This document shows positions 1 to 10,300 of a stretch of DNA of 31,635 bases, piece by piece. The translations under genes were made by a program, and so were the position numbers. The stretch's first letter is position 1. The number at the start of each line of letters is the position of its first letter. Below the pieces are notes generated by a model. It worked only from the letters and a program-made list of their open reading frames with translations, had not been told where the DNA came from and made no database searches. The stretch spans positions 2,028 to 33,662 of the forward strand of contig CAYTEX010000001.1 of assembly GCA_964437015.1 (NCBI GenBank). The letters run 5' to 3'. This DNA is from an uncultured Clostridium sp. (GTDB taxonomy: Bacteria; Bacillota; Clostridia; TANB77; CAG-508).

Positions 1-532
1 TAATATCAATAATCTTTTCATCTACGCTCCAAAATTTGTCACTTACAAGCGATAGAATATCTTTTGTTTCATTTAAAATGTCTAAATCATTATATTTAGT
101 ACTTTTTGTAATTGATAAATTATAGAATTTATCAGCTTTTTTTTCTAATAGTTCTATAAATTTTTTATTTATTTTTCTATAATATTCATCAGGCACAAAT
201 TTTAATATTTCTAACACTTCTTTGCAAGCTCTACTATATTTTTCGTCATTAGTTCCATTAAGGATTTTTTCCATTACTGTAACATAGTTTTTTTGACTAG
301 CGTTGTTAATTTCATTGTATTTTACGGATAAATTATATTTTTTATTTGCTAAATTTATTTCCTCAATTTTATGTTCAATTATTAAATCTAATAATTCTGT
401 ATCAGCATCTTCATCTATCATTGCGATTAAAATAAATACTTTTTTCCAATAAGAAATATCATTTTCTATTAAATCAGCTAAAATTTCTTTTTTTTGTTCC
501 AAAGTTAGTTCTGATAACTTTTCAAATTCCAT
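1..532 (-). CDS. Hypothetical protein, truncated by the window edge; its C-terminal part is paralogous to the 27705..28181 protein
   Basis: Absent from the ORF track because it has no stop in the window. I translated it by hand: ATG at 532 with SD GAAAGGGAG, open for 177 codons (MEFEKLSELTLEQKKEILADL...YSRACKEVLEILKFVPDEYYRKINKKFIELLEKKADKFYNLSI...NETKDILSLVSDKFW...). Confidence 0.8.
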   Translation of the reverse strand, partial: MEFEKLSELTLEQKKEILADLIENDISYWKKVFILIAMIDEDADTELLDLIIEHKIEEINLANKKYNLSVKYNEINNASQKNYVTVMEKILNGTNDEKYSRACKEVLEILKFVPDEYYRKINKKFIELLEKKADKFYNLSITKSTKYNDLDILNETKDILSLVSDKFWSVDEKIIDI

Positions 533-867
533 ATTACTCCCTTTCTTTTTGTGATGCTATTATATTATTTATATAAGCTTCACAAGTTATATAATTGGTT
601 GCTATTAAAAATTCGTTTAAAAATAGCAATTTTGTCCTGTCCTATATTTTTTTTCATAATCCATAGCTATAGTTTTTTCTTGACATTTTTCTAAAGCTCT
701 ATGTCCATAGAAAAAGTTTCTTTAGCTCTAATTAGTTGGTATTCATTCAAAAGTGTGTTATTATAAATTTGATATAATTAATCCGTATACATTTGCAAAA
801 GTTTTATATATATCATAATGTATCACTTTTTTTAAAATTTTTCAATTTTAAGTCAAATGTAAAAATA

Positions 868-884
868 TGTAACAAAGTTGTAAT
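868..884 (+). promoter_or_regulatory. WalR/OmpR-type direct-repeat box
   Basis: TGTAAC-aaagt-TGTAAT matches TGTWAH-N5-TGTWAH exactly; an extra half-site TGTAAA lies at 858-863. Confidence 0.45.
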
Positions 885-1086
885 TAAAAAAAATACATGG
901 TAATAAGCTTTAAAACTAGTAATAACTTAAAAGCTTTTACATTAAATAGAGATAAAAGATACAGAGATTTGCATTATATATTAGATTAAAACGATTATTA
1001 TTAATGATAAAAGTACAACAAATGGAAAAATATCAGAGATTAGGAAAACCATAGAATGAAAAAGATTATATGCTCTTAAATAAAAT

Positions 1087-1163
<77 letters not shown>

Positions 1164-1180
1164 AAATAAAATACTTATAT

Positions 1181-1209
1181 ATTATACTTTTATTTTTAGA
1201 ATTTTGCAA
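1181..1209 (-). promoter_or_regulatory. sigmaA promoter for tRNA-Arg(ACG)
   Basis: TTGCAA-17 bp-TATAAT on the minus strand, just upstream of the tRNA. Confidence 0.8.
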
Positions 1210-1228
1210 GAGATAAAGCCATTTTTGT

Positions 1229-1257
1229 TTGACTTTTTTTAAATATGTTGTTATAAT
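1229..1257 (+). promoter_or_regulatory. sigmaA promoter for tRNA-Arg(CCT)-tadA
   Basis: TTGACT-17 bp-TATAAT with an extended -10 TG. Confidence 0.85.
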
Positions 1258-1270
1258 AGGCAAAGAAAAT

Positions 1271-1346
<76 letters not shown>

Positions 1347-1356
1347 ATTTTTTTAT

Positions 1357-1833
1357 ATGGAGAATAAGTTGAATATCAATGAAAAATATATGAAAGAAGC
1401 TTTAAAAGAGGCTCAAAAGGCTTATGAAAAGCTAGAAGTTCCGGTTGGAGCAGTAATTGTTAAGGATGGAAAAATAATAGCTAGAGCATATAACCAAAAA
1501 GAAACAAAATTTGATACTACAAAACACGCAGAAATATTGGCTATTCAAAAAGCAAGTAAAAAATTAAAATCATGGAGATTAATTGACTGTGAAATGTATG
1601 TAACATTAGAGCCTTGTCCAATGTGTGCAGGAGCAATTATTCAATCCAGAATAAAAAAGGTATATTATGGTGTATCTGATGAAAAGACAGGAGCAGTTGG
1701 TTCTAAGTTGAATCTATTTAAAGACTATAAATTTAATCATAATGTTGAAGTTGAAAACGGAATACTTACAGATAAGTGTAGGGAGTTATTACAAAATTTC
1801 TTTATAGAATTAAGAAAAGAAAAATCTAAATAA
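1357..1833 (+). CDS. tadA: tRNA adenosine(34) deaminase
   Basis: HAE and TLEPCPMC Zn motifs, EVPVGAVIV. The true start may be TTG at 1369, which has SD GGAG 6 nt upstream; the ATG at 1357 has no SD. Confidence 0.95.
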   Translation: MENKLNINEKYMKEALKEAQKAYEKLEVPVGAVIVKDGKIIARAYNQKETKFDTTKHAEILAIQKASKKLKSWRLIDCEMYVTLEPCPMCAGAIIQSRIKKVYYGVSDEKTGAVGSKLNLFKDYKFNHNVEVENGILTDKCRELLQNFFIELRKEKSK

Positions 1834-1843
1834 AGGAGTAACT

Positions 1844-2596
1844 ATGCTAGAAAAACAAACATTAACTAAGAAAGTTATACATATATGTATTATTGCTATT
1901 ATAATTATAGCGATAATTTTCATGGCTATGATGATTGTTTTAAAATATGATGAAAATGGTGAAATCAATATGCCGTTTTTTATCTCCAAAATTTCAATAA
2001 TATCCACAGTTGATGGACAAGATGTGGAAAATTCGACTCAAAAATGGGAAAAAATAATTAATCAAAATAATGACATATATCTTTATGTTGAAAAAAACAA
2101 TGAATATAAGAAAACCGAGACAATTTCATCTATTATACTAAATAACTTTAAAACAGAAAAAAATAATAATATAGGTGAAATAAAATTTTATAAACAAAGT
2201 GAAAATGAGAAATTATTATATGAAAATAAGAATGAGTATATTTTTAATGAATTAGAGTTTAAAGGAGCAAAATATACAAATTCAAAAAAACAGGAAATTT
2301 CAAATCAAGGTGGAATTATAGAATTTAGATGTGCACAAAACAAAATAGGAACATATAGTTCTAATGAAGATGATCAGATAAATTATAATGAGCTTTTAAA
2401 AAAAATTAATATAAAAGAAGAAGATTTAACAGCTACAATATCTTTTGATATTATATTGAAATTAGATTCTGGAAAAGTATTTAAAGCCGAAAATATAAAA
2501 TTCAATATTCCTAATCCGGGTATAATCGAACAAGGAAAAGTTGGTATAGAAATAGATGAAATTAATAAAATTGTTTTCAAAAGAATTGAAAATTGA
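1844..2596 (+). CDS. Hypothetical protein with a single N-terminal transmembrane anchor
   Basis: SD AAAGGAG; hydrophobic stretch at aa ~11-33 followed by a hydrophilic domain. Confidence 0.8.
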   Translation: MLEKQTLTKKVIHICIIAIIIIAIIFMAMMIVLKYDENGEINMPFFISKISIISTVDGQDVENSTQKWEKIINQNNDIYLYVEKNNEYKKTETISSIILNNFKTEKNNNIGEIKFYKQSENEKLLYENKNEYIFNELEFKGAKYTNSKKQEISNQGGIIEFRCAQNKIGTYSSNEDDQINYNELLKKINIKEEDLTATISFDIILKLDSGKVFKAENIKFNIPNPGIIEQGKVGIEIDEINKIVFKRIEN

Positions 2597-2673
2597 AAGT
2601 ATTAAAGCAAAGATTAGCTTTAATATATAGAGTATAAAATAAATTTATATAATTTCTGAAAATTATAAGAAAG

Positions 2674-3963
2674 TTGGTTAAAATGGGATATAAATATAAT
2701 AATGAGAATAAAAGCCAAATTGACGAATCATTAAGTGCGGCAATTGCATCTCTTGAAGCAGCAAAATCTAAAGCTGGTGAAATAGTGATTCCATCAGATT
2801 TTAAATGTGCTAAAGAATTAGAAGATATACTATCAGGTATTAATGAGGTAAGTTTGGGAGCAATATCAATAGGAATACAAGTGGCTGAAAATAACTTTGA
2901 AAGCACAGAACTTTCTGCGAAAAATGCAGCGAGTGCTCTTGTGTTTGAAATAAAGACGAAATCAGAAAGCATTTTCGAAAAAAAAGAAGGTTCTACGAAA
3001 AATGTAGTGAATGGGGTTATGTATAATATAAAGGAAAGAGCCGAAAACACTTTTTTACCGGTATGTCTTATGAAAGTTGAATTAAATAAATATGCAAATG
3101 AACAAGTACATTTAAATGATGAAGAGAAAAAAGTAATAAAAGAACAAATTAAATTAATAAATACAACTACTATAAAAAATAGCAATACGGATATTGAAAC
3201 ATATAAAAAAAATTTTATGAATGCTATAAATTTAGTTAATGAGTACGAAAAAAATCAACACGATACAATTCAAGAAGGCTATTCAGTTGACAATGAAGTA
3301 GAGGAAAAAATAAGATTGGATAATATACAAGAATATATGCAGGATATAGTGAATGCAAGTACACATGTGAAAGATGACGGATATTTATATACATATAAAG
3401 ATGGCAAAGAAGAAAGATTAACAGTTGAAGAATGGCTAAAGATAGTAAAACAAACAGCAGATGAAATATATGAAAATTCATCAAGGCAAGGAGGAACCAA
3501 TTACTATGGCAATTCAGGAACACCTGAAGCAGGACAATATCAATACTTAAGAACGGATGGAAATCAAGGATATATTGAAGTTTATGAAGTAGATCATGCT
3601 AGTTTAGTGTCATGTAATAGATTAATATCTATGGCACTAAATAATGCTGGTTTATATGATGATCAGACACTGGGAGGAGATAATGTTTGTCAGGAAGAAT
3701 ATTTAACAGGGCATGGATTCGATAAGGTTGAAGATTTAACAGCTATTAGGCCAGGAGACATAATTGTTATTAATGCGGGATCATTTATGCATTATTTTGT
3801 TGTTAATGAATATAATGAGGAAACTGAATTATGTACAAAATTTGATATGGGAAGCGATAAAAGAATTAATACCGTACAACCCAATGAAGAAGTTCCAATA
3901 GTTGAAGAAGGATGGGCAGCGAATGGGAGAGTATTAGATTCAATATATAGACTAAAAGAGTAA
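2674..3963 (+). CDS. Hypothetical protein with a putative C-terminal NlpC/P60 or CHAP-like papain-fold domain
   Basis: 429-aa ORF with SCNRLISMALNNAG...RPGDIIVI...MHYFVV...FDMG, resembling a Cys-His-Asp papain fold. The ORF is solid; the function is inferred. Confidence 0.6.
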   Translation: MVKMGYKYNNENKSQIDESLSAAIASLEAAKSKAGEIVIPSDFKCAKELEDILSGINEVSLGAISIGIQVAENNFESTELSAKNAASALVFEIKTKSESIFEKKEGSTKNVVNGVMYNIKERAENTFLPVCLMKVELNKYANEQVHLNDEEKKVIKEQIKLINTTTIKNSNTDIETYKKNFMNAINLVNEYEKNQHDTIQEGYSVDNEVEEKIRLDNIQEYMQDIVNASTHVKDDGYLYTYKDGKEERLTVEEWLKIVKQTADEIYENSSRQGGTNYYGNSGTPEAGQYQYLRTDGNQGYIEVYEVDHASLVSCNRLISMALNNAGLYDDQTLGGDNVCQEEYLTGHGFDKVEDLTAIRPGDIIVINAGSFMHYFVVNEYNEETELCTKFDMGSDKRINTVQPNEEVPIVEEGWAANGRVLDSIYRLKE

Positions 3964-4010
3964 TAAAAAAGCATTAGTAGTTTTAAAAACATACTAATGC
4001 TTTTTTTATT
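3962..4010. terminator. Bidirectional intrinsic terminator
   Basis: AATAAAAAA-GCATTAGTA / TACTAATGC-TTTTTTTATT between convergent genes. Confidence 0.85.
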
Positions 4011-4636
4011 TATTTTGTTCCAAAGATTCTATCTCCGGCATCTCCTAATCCAGGTACGATGTATGCATTTTCATTTAGTTTTTCATCAACTGAAGCTGTA
4101 TAAACTCTTACATCAGGATGAAGATCTTCTATTTTTTGTATTCCTTCAGGAGCTGCTATTATACACAAGAATTTTATCTTTTTTACTCCATCTTTTTTTA
4201 ACATTGCTATTGTATCACATGCAGATCCTCCAGTAGCAAGCATTGGATCCAAAATTATAACTTCACGAGAGGCTATATCTTTTGGCATTTTATAAAAATA
4301 GCGTACAGGTTCATGAGTTTCTTCATCTCTATATAAACCAATATGACCTATTTTTGCGTTTGGAATAGCTTTTATTAATCCATCAAGCATACCAGTACCC
4401 GCCCTTAAGATTGGTACAAAGGCATATTTATTTTCATTTAATTTATATGCTTTTGTTTTACATATTGGGGTTTCTATTTCAACTTCTTCAAGCTCTGCAT
4501 CTGACATAGCTTCATAGCATAGAAGTGTTGCAATTTCACTAATAATTTCTCTAAATTCTTTTGTTCCAGTTTTTTTATCTCTTATTATTGATAATTTATG
4601 CTTAATTAAAGAATTGTTTAATATATTTGGTTTCAT
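4010..4636 (-). CDS. upp: Uracil phosphoribosyltransferase
   Basis: [21 protein letters not shown] motif, [17 protein letters not shown]. Confidence 0.98.
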   Translation of the reverse strand: MKPNILNNSLIKHKLSIIRDKKTGTKEFREIISEIATLLCYEAMSDAELEEVEIETPICKTKAYKLNENKYAFVPILRAGTGMLDGLIKAIPNAKIGHIGLYRDEETHEPVRYFYKMPKDIASREVIILDPMLATGGSACDTIAMLKKDGVKKIKFLCIIAAPEGIQKIEDLHPDVRVYTASVDEKLNENAYIVPGLGDAGDRIFGTK

Positions 4637-4691
4637 TTTTCTTCCCTATAATAAATAGATTTAGGTTTTTTAGTTTAACCTATAAACTTTT

Positions 4692-6188
4692 TTATTTTGC
4701 TTCATCAGGAATTACTAAATTTAATATAATTCCAGCGATTGCAGCTAGACTCATTCCTGAAATTTGTACTGAAAGACCATTTCCAGTAGCTATTGAAAAT
4801 GCTGCTCCTCCAAGTCCTAATACTAGCATAGCTGAAGCAATTATAATGTTTTTATTTTTTGTAAAATCGACTTTGTTTTGAATTAATACTTTTAGTCCAT
4901 TAACTGATATAAATCCATATAAAAGAAGAGATACTCCACCTAATACTGGATTTGGTATTGTTTGAACAAGTGCGGTAAACTTTCCTAAGAATCCTAAAAC
5001 TATTGCAAAAATTGCAGCTAAACCTATAACCCAAACAGATGCATTTCTTGTCATTCCGACTACAGATGTATTTTCTCCATATGTTGTATTAGCAGGACCT
5101 CCTAAAAAACCAGCTACAAAAGTTGCAATACCATCACCTAAAAGCGTATTTTCAAGACCAGGTTTTTTTAATAAATCTCTATCTATAATAGTGCTTAATG
5201 CTTTATGGTCTCCTATATGTTCTGCCATTGTAACTAAAGCTATAGGTGCCATTGTTAATGCTATCATAAAATTTGGTGTATAATTTACAAAAGGTATATA
5301 GAAGTTAGGCATTTGTATCCAATTGGCTGACTGTACTAGGCTAAAATCAACTAAGCCTGTTAAACATGATACAAGATATCCTGTAACAATTCCAACTAAA
5401 AATGGTATAATTTTGAAAAATCCTTTTGCTTTAGTCATTACTAATGCTGTTGTCATAAATGTAATTAATGCTATAACAGGTCCTTTCCATTTTGCACCAC
5501 TTAGTTTTTCTTGTTTTACTGATTCAATAATTATTGTTTTTCCTGTTTCTTCATCTATAGTTTCAGTTTTAATAATTTCGGTTTCATTTGTAACAACAAC
5601 AGATTCATCTGTTATTGTTTCTTTAGCAATTCCATCAACATATTCTATTTTTGCATAAGGTATTTCGTTATATTGAACATCAAAAATATTTCCGACTGCA
5701 CTACCTGCAAGTCCAAGTCCAATAATCATAATCATTGGTCCGATAACAATTGGTGGTAATAGTTTATCTATCCAGCTTTTTCCTAAGAATCTAACTATTA
5801 TTGAAACAATAATATATACTATACCAACTACCATTACTCCAGTCATTGCACCTGATATTCCACCAGATATTCCTCCGTTATTTGCACTTCCTGCAATATA
5901 AGCAGCAATTATTGGTGATATAAATGCAAATGAACTTCCTAGAAATACGGGAGACTTTGCTCTTGTACATAAAATATAAATTAATGTACCTATACCTGCT
6001 GTTACTAATGCAACTGCTATAGATAATGCTTGTCCATCTACTCCTGCTGATGCAATTCCTGCATTTACTAAAATTGGAACTAATACTGTTGCTCCAAACA
6101 TTGCAAAAACATGTTGAAATGACAATATAATCCATTGCCAAACTGGTGGTTTTTCGTTTACATCATAAAGCAATTTTTTTTCTTCCAT
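4692..6188 (-). CDS. uraA: Uracil permease (NCS2/UraA family) with a long inserted loop
   Basis: FQHVFAMFGATVLVP, FLGSSFAF, EHIGD, NTTYGEN and GGVSLLLYG motifs; adjacent to upp; SD AAGGAGG. Confidence 0.93.
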   Translation of the reverse strand: MEEKKLLYDVNEKPPVWQWIILSFQHVFAMFGATVLVPILVNAGIASAGVDGQALSIAVALVTAGIGTLIYILCTRAKSPVFLGSSFAFISPIIAAYIAGSANNGGISGGISGAMTGVMVVGIVYIIVSIIVRFLGKSWIDKLLPPIVIGPMIMIIGLGLAGSAVGNIFDVQYNEIPYAKIEYVDGIAKETITDESVVVTNETEIIKTETIDEETGKTIIIESVKQEKLSGAKWKGPVIALITFMTTALVMTKAKGFFKIIPFLVGIVTGYLVSCLTGLVDFSLVQSANWIQMPNFYIPFVNYTPNFMIALTMAPIALVTMAEHIGDHKALSTIIDRDLLKKPGLENTLLGDGIATFVAGFLGGPANTTYGENTSVVGMTRNASVWVIGLAAIFAIVLGFLGKFTALVQTIPNPVLGGVSLLLYGFISVNGLKVLIQNKVDFTKNKNIIIASAMLVLGLGGAAFSIATGNGLSVQISGMSLAAIAGIILNLVIPDEAK

Positions 6189-6221
6189 TGAAGATTCCTC
6201 CTTTTAAATTTTTTTGGATAT

Positions 6222-6249
6222 AAAAAAAATACTATTAAAAATAGTATTT
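6222..6249 (-). terminator. Putative attenuator terminator in the uraA leader
   Basis: Minus strand AAATACTATT-TTT-AATAGTATTT followed by more Us, ~35 nt before the uraA ATG. The stem is weak, with one G-C pair. Confidence 0.5.
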
Positions 6250-6341
6250 CAGAAAGGAAAAATAGAAAAAGAAATAGAACTTGCATAAAGGCAAGTAGCT
6301 TTATTTTTTTTAAACAAAGAATCTTTTAATAATTTTTCCAT
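6249..6341 (-). CDS. Putative 30-aa leader peptide (MEKLLKDSLFKKNKATCLYASSISFSIFPF)
   Basis: Strong SD GGGAGGTG before the ATG at 6341; the TGA stop overlaps the 5' arm of the leader terminator. Confidence 0.55.
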   Translation of the reverse strand: MEKLLKDSLFKKNKATCLYASSISFSIFPF

Positions 6342-6359
6342 TTTATACACCTCCCAGAA

Positions 6360-6388
6360 ATAATACAATATTTAGAAAAAAATTTCAA
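6360..6388 (-). promoter_or_regulatory. sigmaA promoter for leader-uraA-upp
   Basis: TTGAAA-17 bp-TATTAT on the minus strand; predicted start site ~6353-6355. Confidence 0.65.
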
Positions 6389-6478
6389 GTATTTATGAAA
6401 AAAAAATAAATTTTTTGAAATTTTATGTCGAATAAATATGCATAATTATAGAAAATTAAATAAAATTTAAAATAGCTA

Positions 6479-6507
6479 TTGCCAAATTTGAAATTTTGTT
6501 GTATATT
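6479..6507 (+). promoter_or_regulatory. sigmaA promoter
   Basis: TTGCCA-17 bp-TATATT upstream of 6525. Confidence 0.6.
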
Positions 6508-6524
6508 ATGTGAGGTTGTAAAAA

Positions 6525-6842
6525 ATGGGAAAGGAAGGCAAAGTGAAAACATTTTTTGATGGAGTATTTATTTCTAAAGAAAAACTAGATCAAGCAGGAA
6601 TTGAATACCCCATAAAGCTAGAATATTACAAAACATTAGGAGAAGAAAATGTTGAAGCAAAATTTGGAATAGAAGTTGTAAAAACCGAATTTTTTAATGG
6701 CAATGTTAGAGTAGAGACAAAAGAACTAAAAAGTATAACAGATAATGAAGACGAGCAAAACAAGTTATTAACTATATTAAGAAATAACGAGATTACACCA
6801 ATTGGAGTAGATGATGTTTTGCAAGAATTGTTACAAGAATAA
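6525..6842 (+). CDS. Small conserved clostridial protein, DUF6514-like
   Basis: SD GAGG. KFGIEVVK...LLTILRNNEITPIGVDDVL resembles DUF6514 from memory; no search was run. Confidence 0.6.
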   Translation: MGKEGKVKTFFDGVFISKEKLDQAGIEYPIKLEYYKTLGEENVEAKFGIEVVKTEFFNGNVRVETKELKSITDNEDEQNKLLTILRNNEITPIGVDDVLQELLQE

Positions 6843-6883
6843 GTAACAGAAATGGAGAAATAAATGGAAAAAAAATTATAAAG

Positions 6884-6913
6884 AGATAGTATAAACAAGT
6901 ATACTATCTTTTT
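6884..6913 (+). terminator. Intrinsic terminator
   Basis: AGATAGTATA-aacaag-TATACTATCT followed by TTTT. Confidence 0.7.
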
Positions 6914-7108
6914 AGTTGTATTTAAAAAAAGTAATTGATGAAATTTGTTAATTAATAGTAATTTTGCTACTAATGAAATACAGATGAAAGAGGTATTGGA
7001 AAACATAGTAAAATCGTCAAATATTAACACTGTGTATTTTTTACTTAAAAGTAGCAATAATCCTATATTTATGGATTTGTATTGATTTTTTGAGAAATGA
7101 TACAAAAT

Positions 7109-7125
7109 TGTAATATAAATGTAAT
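7109..7125 (+). promoter_or_regulatory. WalR/OmpR-type direct-repeat box
   Basis: TGTAAT-ataaa-TGTAAT, ~65 bp upstream of TTGACA (7191), ahead of the large surface-protein gene. Confidence 0.5.
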
Positions 7126-7378
7126 CAAAACTTAATTATTGTTCTACACTTACGTAAATATAAGTTTCAAAACTATAGAAAAAAAGCATATTGACAAAAA
7201 TAAAAAAAAAATTAAAATAATAATTAGAATGTTTTCTCGTCAAGATTAGGATATGACAGATTAACAGCAAAAAATTAATGATAGTATTTAACAATCATTG
7301 AATTAATTATGAGAAACAGAATAGAGCTAGTTTTACATAGCAAATAAATATATTAAAGAACAATTAGGGGGATAAAAG

Positions 7379-10300
7379 ATGAAGTATACAAATAAGAGAG
7401 TTAATTCTATGAGTAATACATTTAATAAATGTATATGTAAAATAATATTACTGATTATTGTTTTTTGCGTATATTTGACGGAAAATGCATATGCAGAGGG
7501 TGAAACAAAGAACATAACAAGAGCATATTTTTGTTCAGAAATTATAAAATCAAATGCTACAGGTGATTGTATTCTATTAGAAAATTATGATTCAAATGGT
7601 AATAAAGTATATGGTCTAATTGATACAGGAAATCCAATAACAGATGATGATGGAAACATACTTCCGGTTGTTAAGAATTATTTAGAAAATCATGGAGTAA
7701 CATCATTACAGTTTATGCTTATAACACATGCACATAATGATCATTTGGGTAATGCAGAACAAGTTTTAGAAAATTTTAATGTAGATACATTATATATTCA
7801 AGAAGCCGATAATGCATGGTCTACGAATACTCAGCAAGAAAAATTTCAAAATTTAATAGAGAAAGCTGTAGATAAAAATGTAAGAAAAATTATAGGAATA
7901 AGTTGGGCATTTCTAACTCATAGTGAGTATAGTCCTAGTTTTGATGAAACAATCAGAAATAAAATTATAAGTAATTCAAGTAATCAATCAAGATTTGAAG
8001 CATTTAATGAAACAAATACAGTATTTAGTTTTGGAAGTAGCACTATACAATTATTAAATTGGCAGTTATTCGATACAAATGGAAATCAATATATAACCGG
8101 AGTTACAACTAATACAACGAGAGAAAAGAAAGGAGAAAATAACAATTCTATAGTTGCTTTATTAACACAAGGAAACAAAAAGGCACTATTTACAGGAGAT
8201 TTAAACAATTTAGATAAAGATGAGGAGAGAGGAATACTTGGAGATGAAGATAGATTAAAAGATATTATAGGTGATGTTGATTTCTTAAAAGCTGGACATC
8301 ATGGTTTTGCAAATTCAAATACAGAGGACTATTTAAATACAATAAAACCAGAATATGTAGTAATAACAACGAATGAAAGTAATAAAATTTACTTTCAAGA
8401 TTATCTAGATGAGAATAATGTTGATTATTTACGTGTAAAGCAAGACGAATATGGGGTAATAGCAACTTTTACAGAAACAGAGGTTTTTTTGGGATTGGAA
8501 ACTAAGAACACTCCATTTAAGTTCTTAAATGGAACTCCATACTATATTGCAGATAAATATGGTAATTATCATGAGGTATCATATAGCATAGAATATGTGG
8601 ATAAAAATATAGAGATAGATAGTTGGCAAGAATTAAAAGAAATAATTGACAGTAATAAAAATGAAGTTGTAGAAATAGATGATCAGAACAAAATATTTAA
8701 AACGTATAGATTAATAGTAAAATTAAAACCTGGAGATTGGAATGCAAATGAGTCAATAAAAATAGAAAAACAGCAAGATATTAGGCTGTATGCGGAAGAT
8801 GATATAAATATATTAAGAGGTCAAGAATTAAAAGAATACTTATTTGAAACTGAAGGAAATTTGACTTTAGGAACTGAAGATATGACAGGAAGTATTATTT
8901 TAGATGGAAACAAAGAGAATGTAACATCTAATTCATCGTTAATATCAGTAGAAAAAGGAAAATTGAATTTATACAAAAACATAACATTATGTAACAATAT
9001 GAATAAAGTTACAGAAATGAACTACAATGGTTCTAATAATAAACAGTATAATGCTTATGGATCTGGTATATATTGCAAAGAAGGAACTGTTAATATATAT
9101 GGGGCAAAAATTATTAATAATGAACAAAGTATAGATCTTGATAGTATAATGATTTTACCAAAAGCAATTAATCATAATTATCAATTTAGAGCATTAGGAG
9201 CAGGAATATATGTCAATTCTGGAAAGCTTAATATGTATGAAGGAACAGTTAGTGGAAATAGAACAACAAATAATTCGAAAATACAGACACATCCTAATTT
9301 TTCTATCGTTAAAGAAAATGGTGAAATTTCTCAATATTCTGCTGGAGCAGGAATATATACTACAAGTTCAGATGTAAACATAGAAGGGGGAGAAATTTTA
9401 AATAATTCGATTACAAATAATGAAAATACATTAATTTCTACTTCTACAAGTTCAAAATACAGTACAAATATAACATCTCTAAATACAAATATTTTTGGAG
9501 TTGGATTAACTGTATCAGGAGGAACATTAAGAATATCTAATAATTTAAATGTATTAAATAATAGTGCTGAAAATAATTCAAGAATAGAAATTCAAGAAAA
9601 TACATCAGTTAATAGTTCGGCATCTTCTAAAATAGTAGGACAACAAGTATATATAAGTACCTTGGATACAGCTGAAATAAATGGATTGAAGATTTTTGGT
9701 GGTAATACTATTAATAATGCTCAAATAATTAATAATGGAAACATTGGAAGTGATGGAACTGGTGAAGTTGATACAGAAAAAACGGGTGGAGGATTATTAT
9801 TAAAAGGTATAAATAATGTTAATGTTAATAATTTAACAATTGAAAATTGTAGTAGTGATAAAGGAGGGGGAGTATATACATCTTCTTCAAAAGGAATAAT
9901 ATCAAATTCGGAAATTAAAGACAATGTTGCAACTATAGATGGAGGAGGAGTATATATTGCCAATAAATCTTGCAATATAGAATTAACTAATCTACAAATA
10001 AATAACAATAAAGCAGAAAATGGCAATGGAGGAGGAATATATACACAAGGTACTCTAAAGGTATCAGGAGAAAATACGCAAATTTCTGATAATGAAGCTA
10101 AAAATTCCGGTGGTGGAATAATGACTATTGCTAAAACAGAATTAAATGATGGAACAATAAGTTATAATAGGACAGATACAGGATCTGGCGGAGGTATTCA
10201 AGTAGACGGAACTCTAGTAATGAACGGAGGTATAATACAGAATAATACCGCAAAGAAAACTGGAGGAGGAGTAGATTTTACAAATGGAATAGTTGAAAAG

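Noticed and set aside
534-815. Possible degraded ORF on the minus strand ending just before the 532 ATG (...YINNIIASQKERE*)
   Set aside because: It needs at least three separate frameshifts to stitch together and matches nothing I recognise; easily produced by chance in AT-rich DNA.
897-989. 30-codon + strand ORF (MVISFKTSNN...)
   Set aside because: No SD and no recognisable motif.
6190-6355. PyrR binding loop, or pyrG-type reiterative-transcription control
   Set aside because: No ARUCCNGNGAGGY motif; the predicted start GGGA has no pyrimidine at +4 to cause stuttering.
6864-7085. Fragmentary + strand reading frames downstream of the DUF6514-like gene
   Set aside because: Interrupted by stops, spans a terminator hairpin and has no consistent frame or SD.
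7225-7320. Riboswitch in the leader of the LPXTG gene
   Set aside because: Only a small GTCA/TGAC hairpin; no recognisable aptamer core or expression platform.
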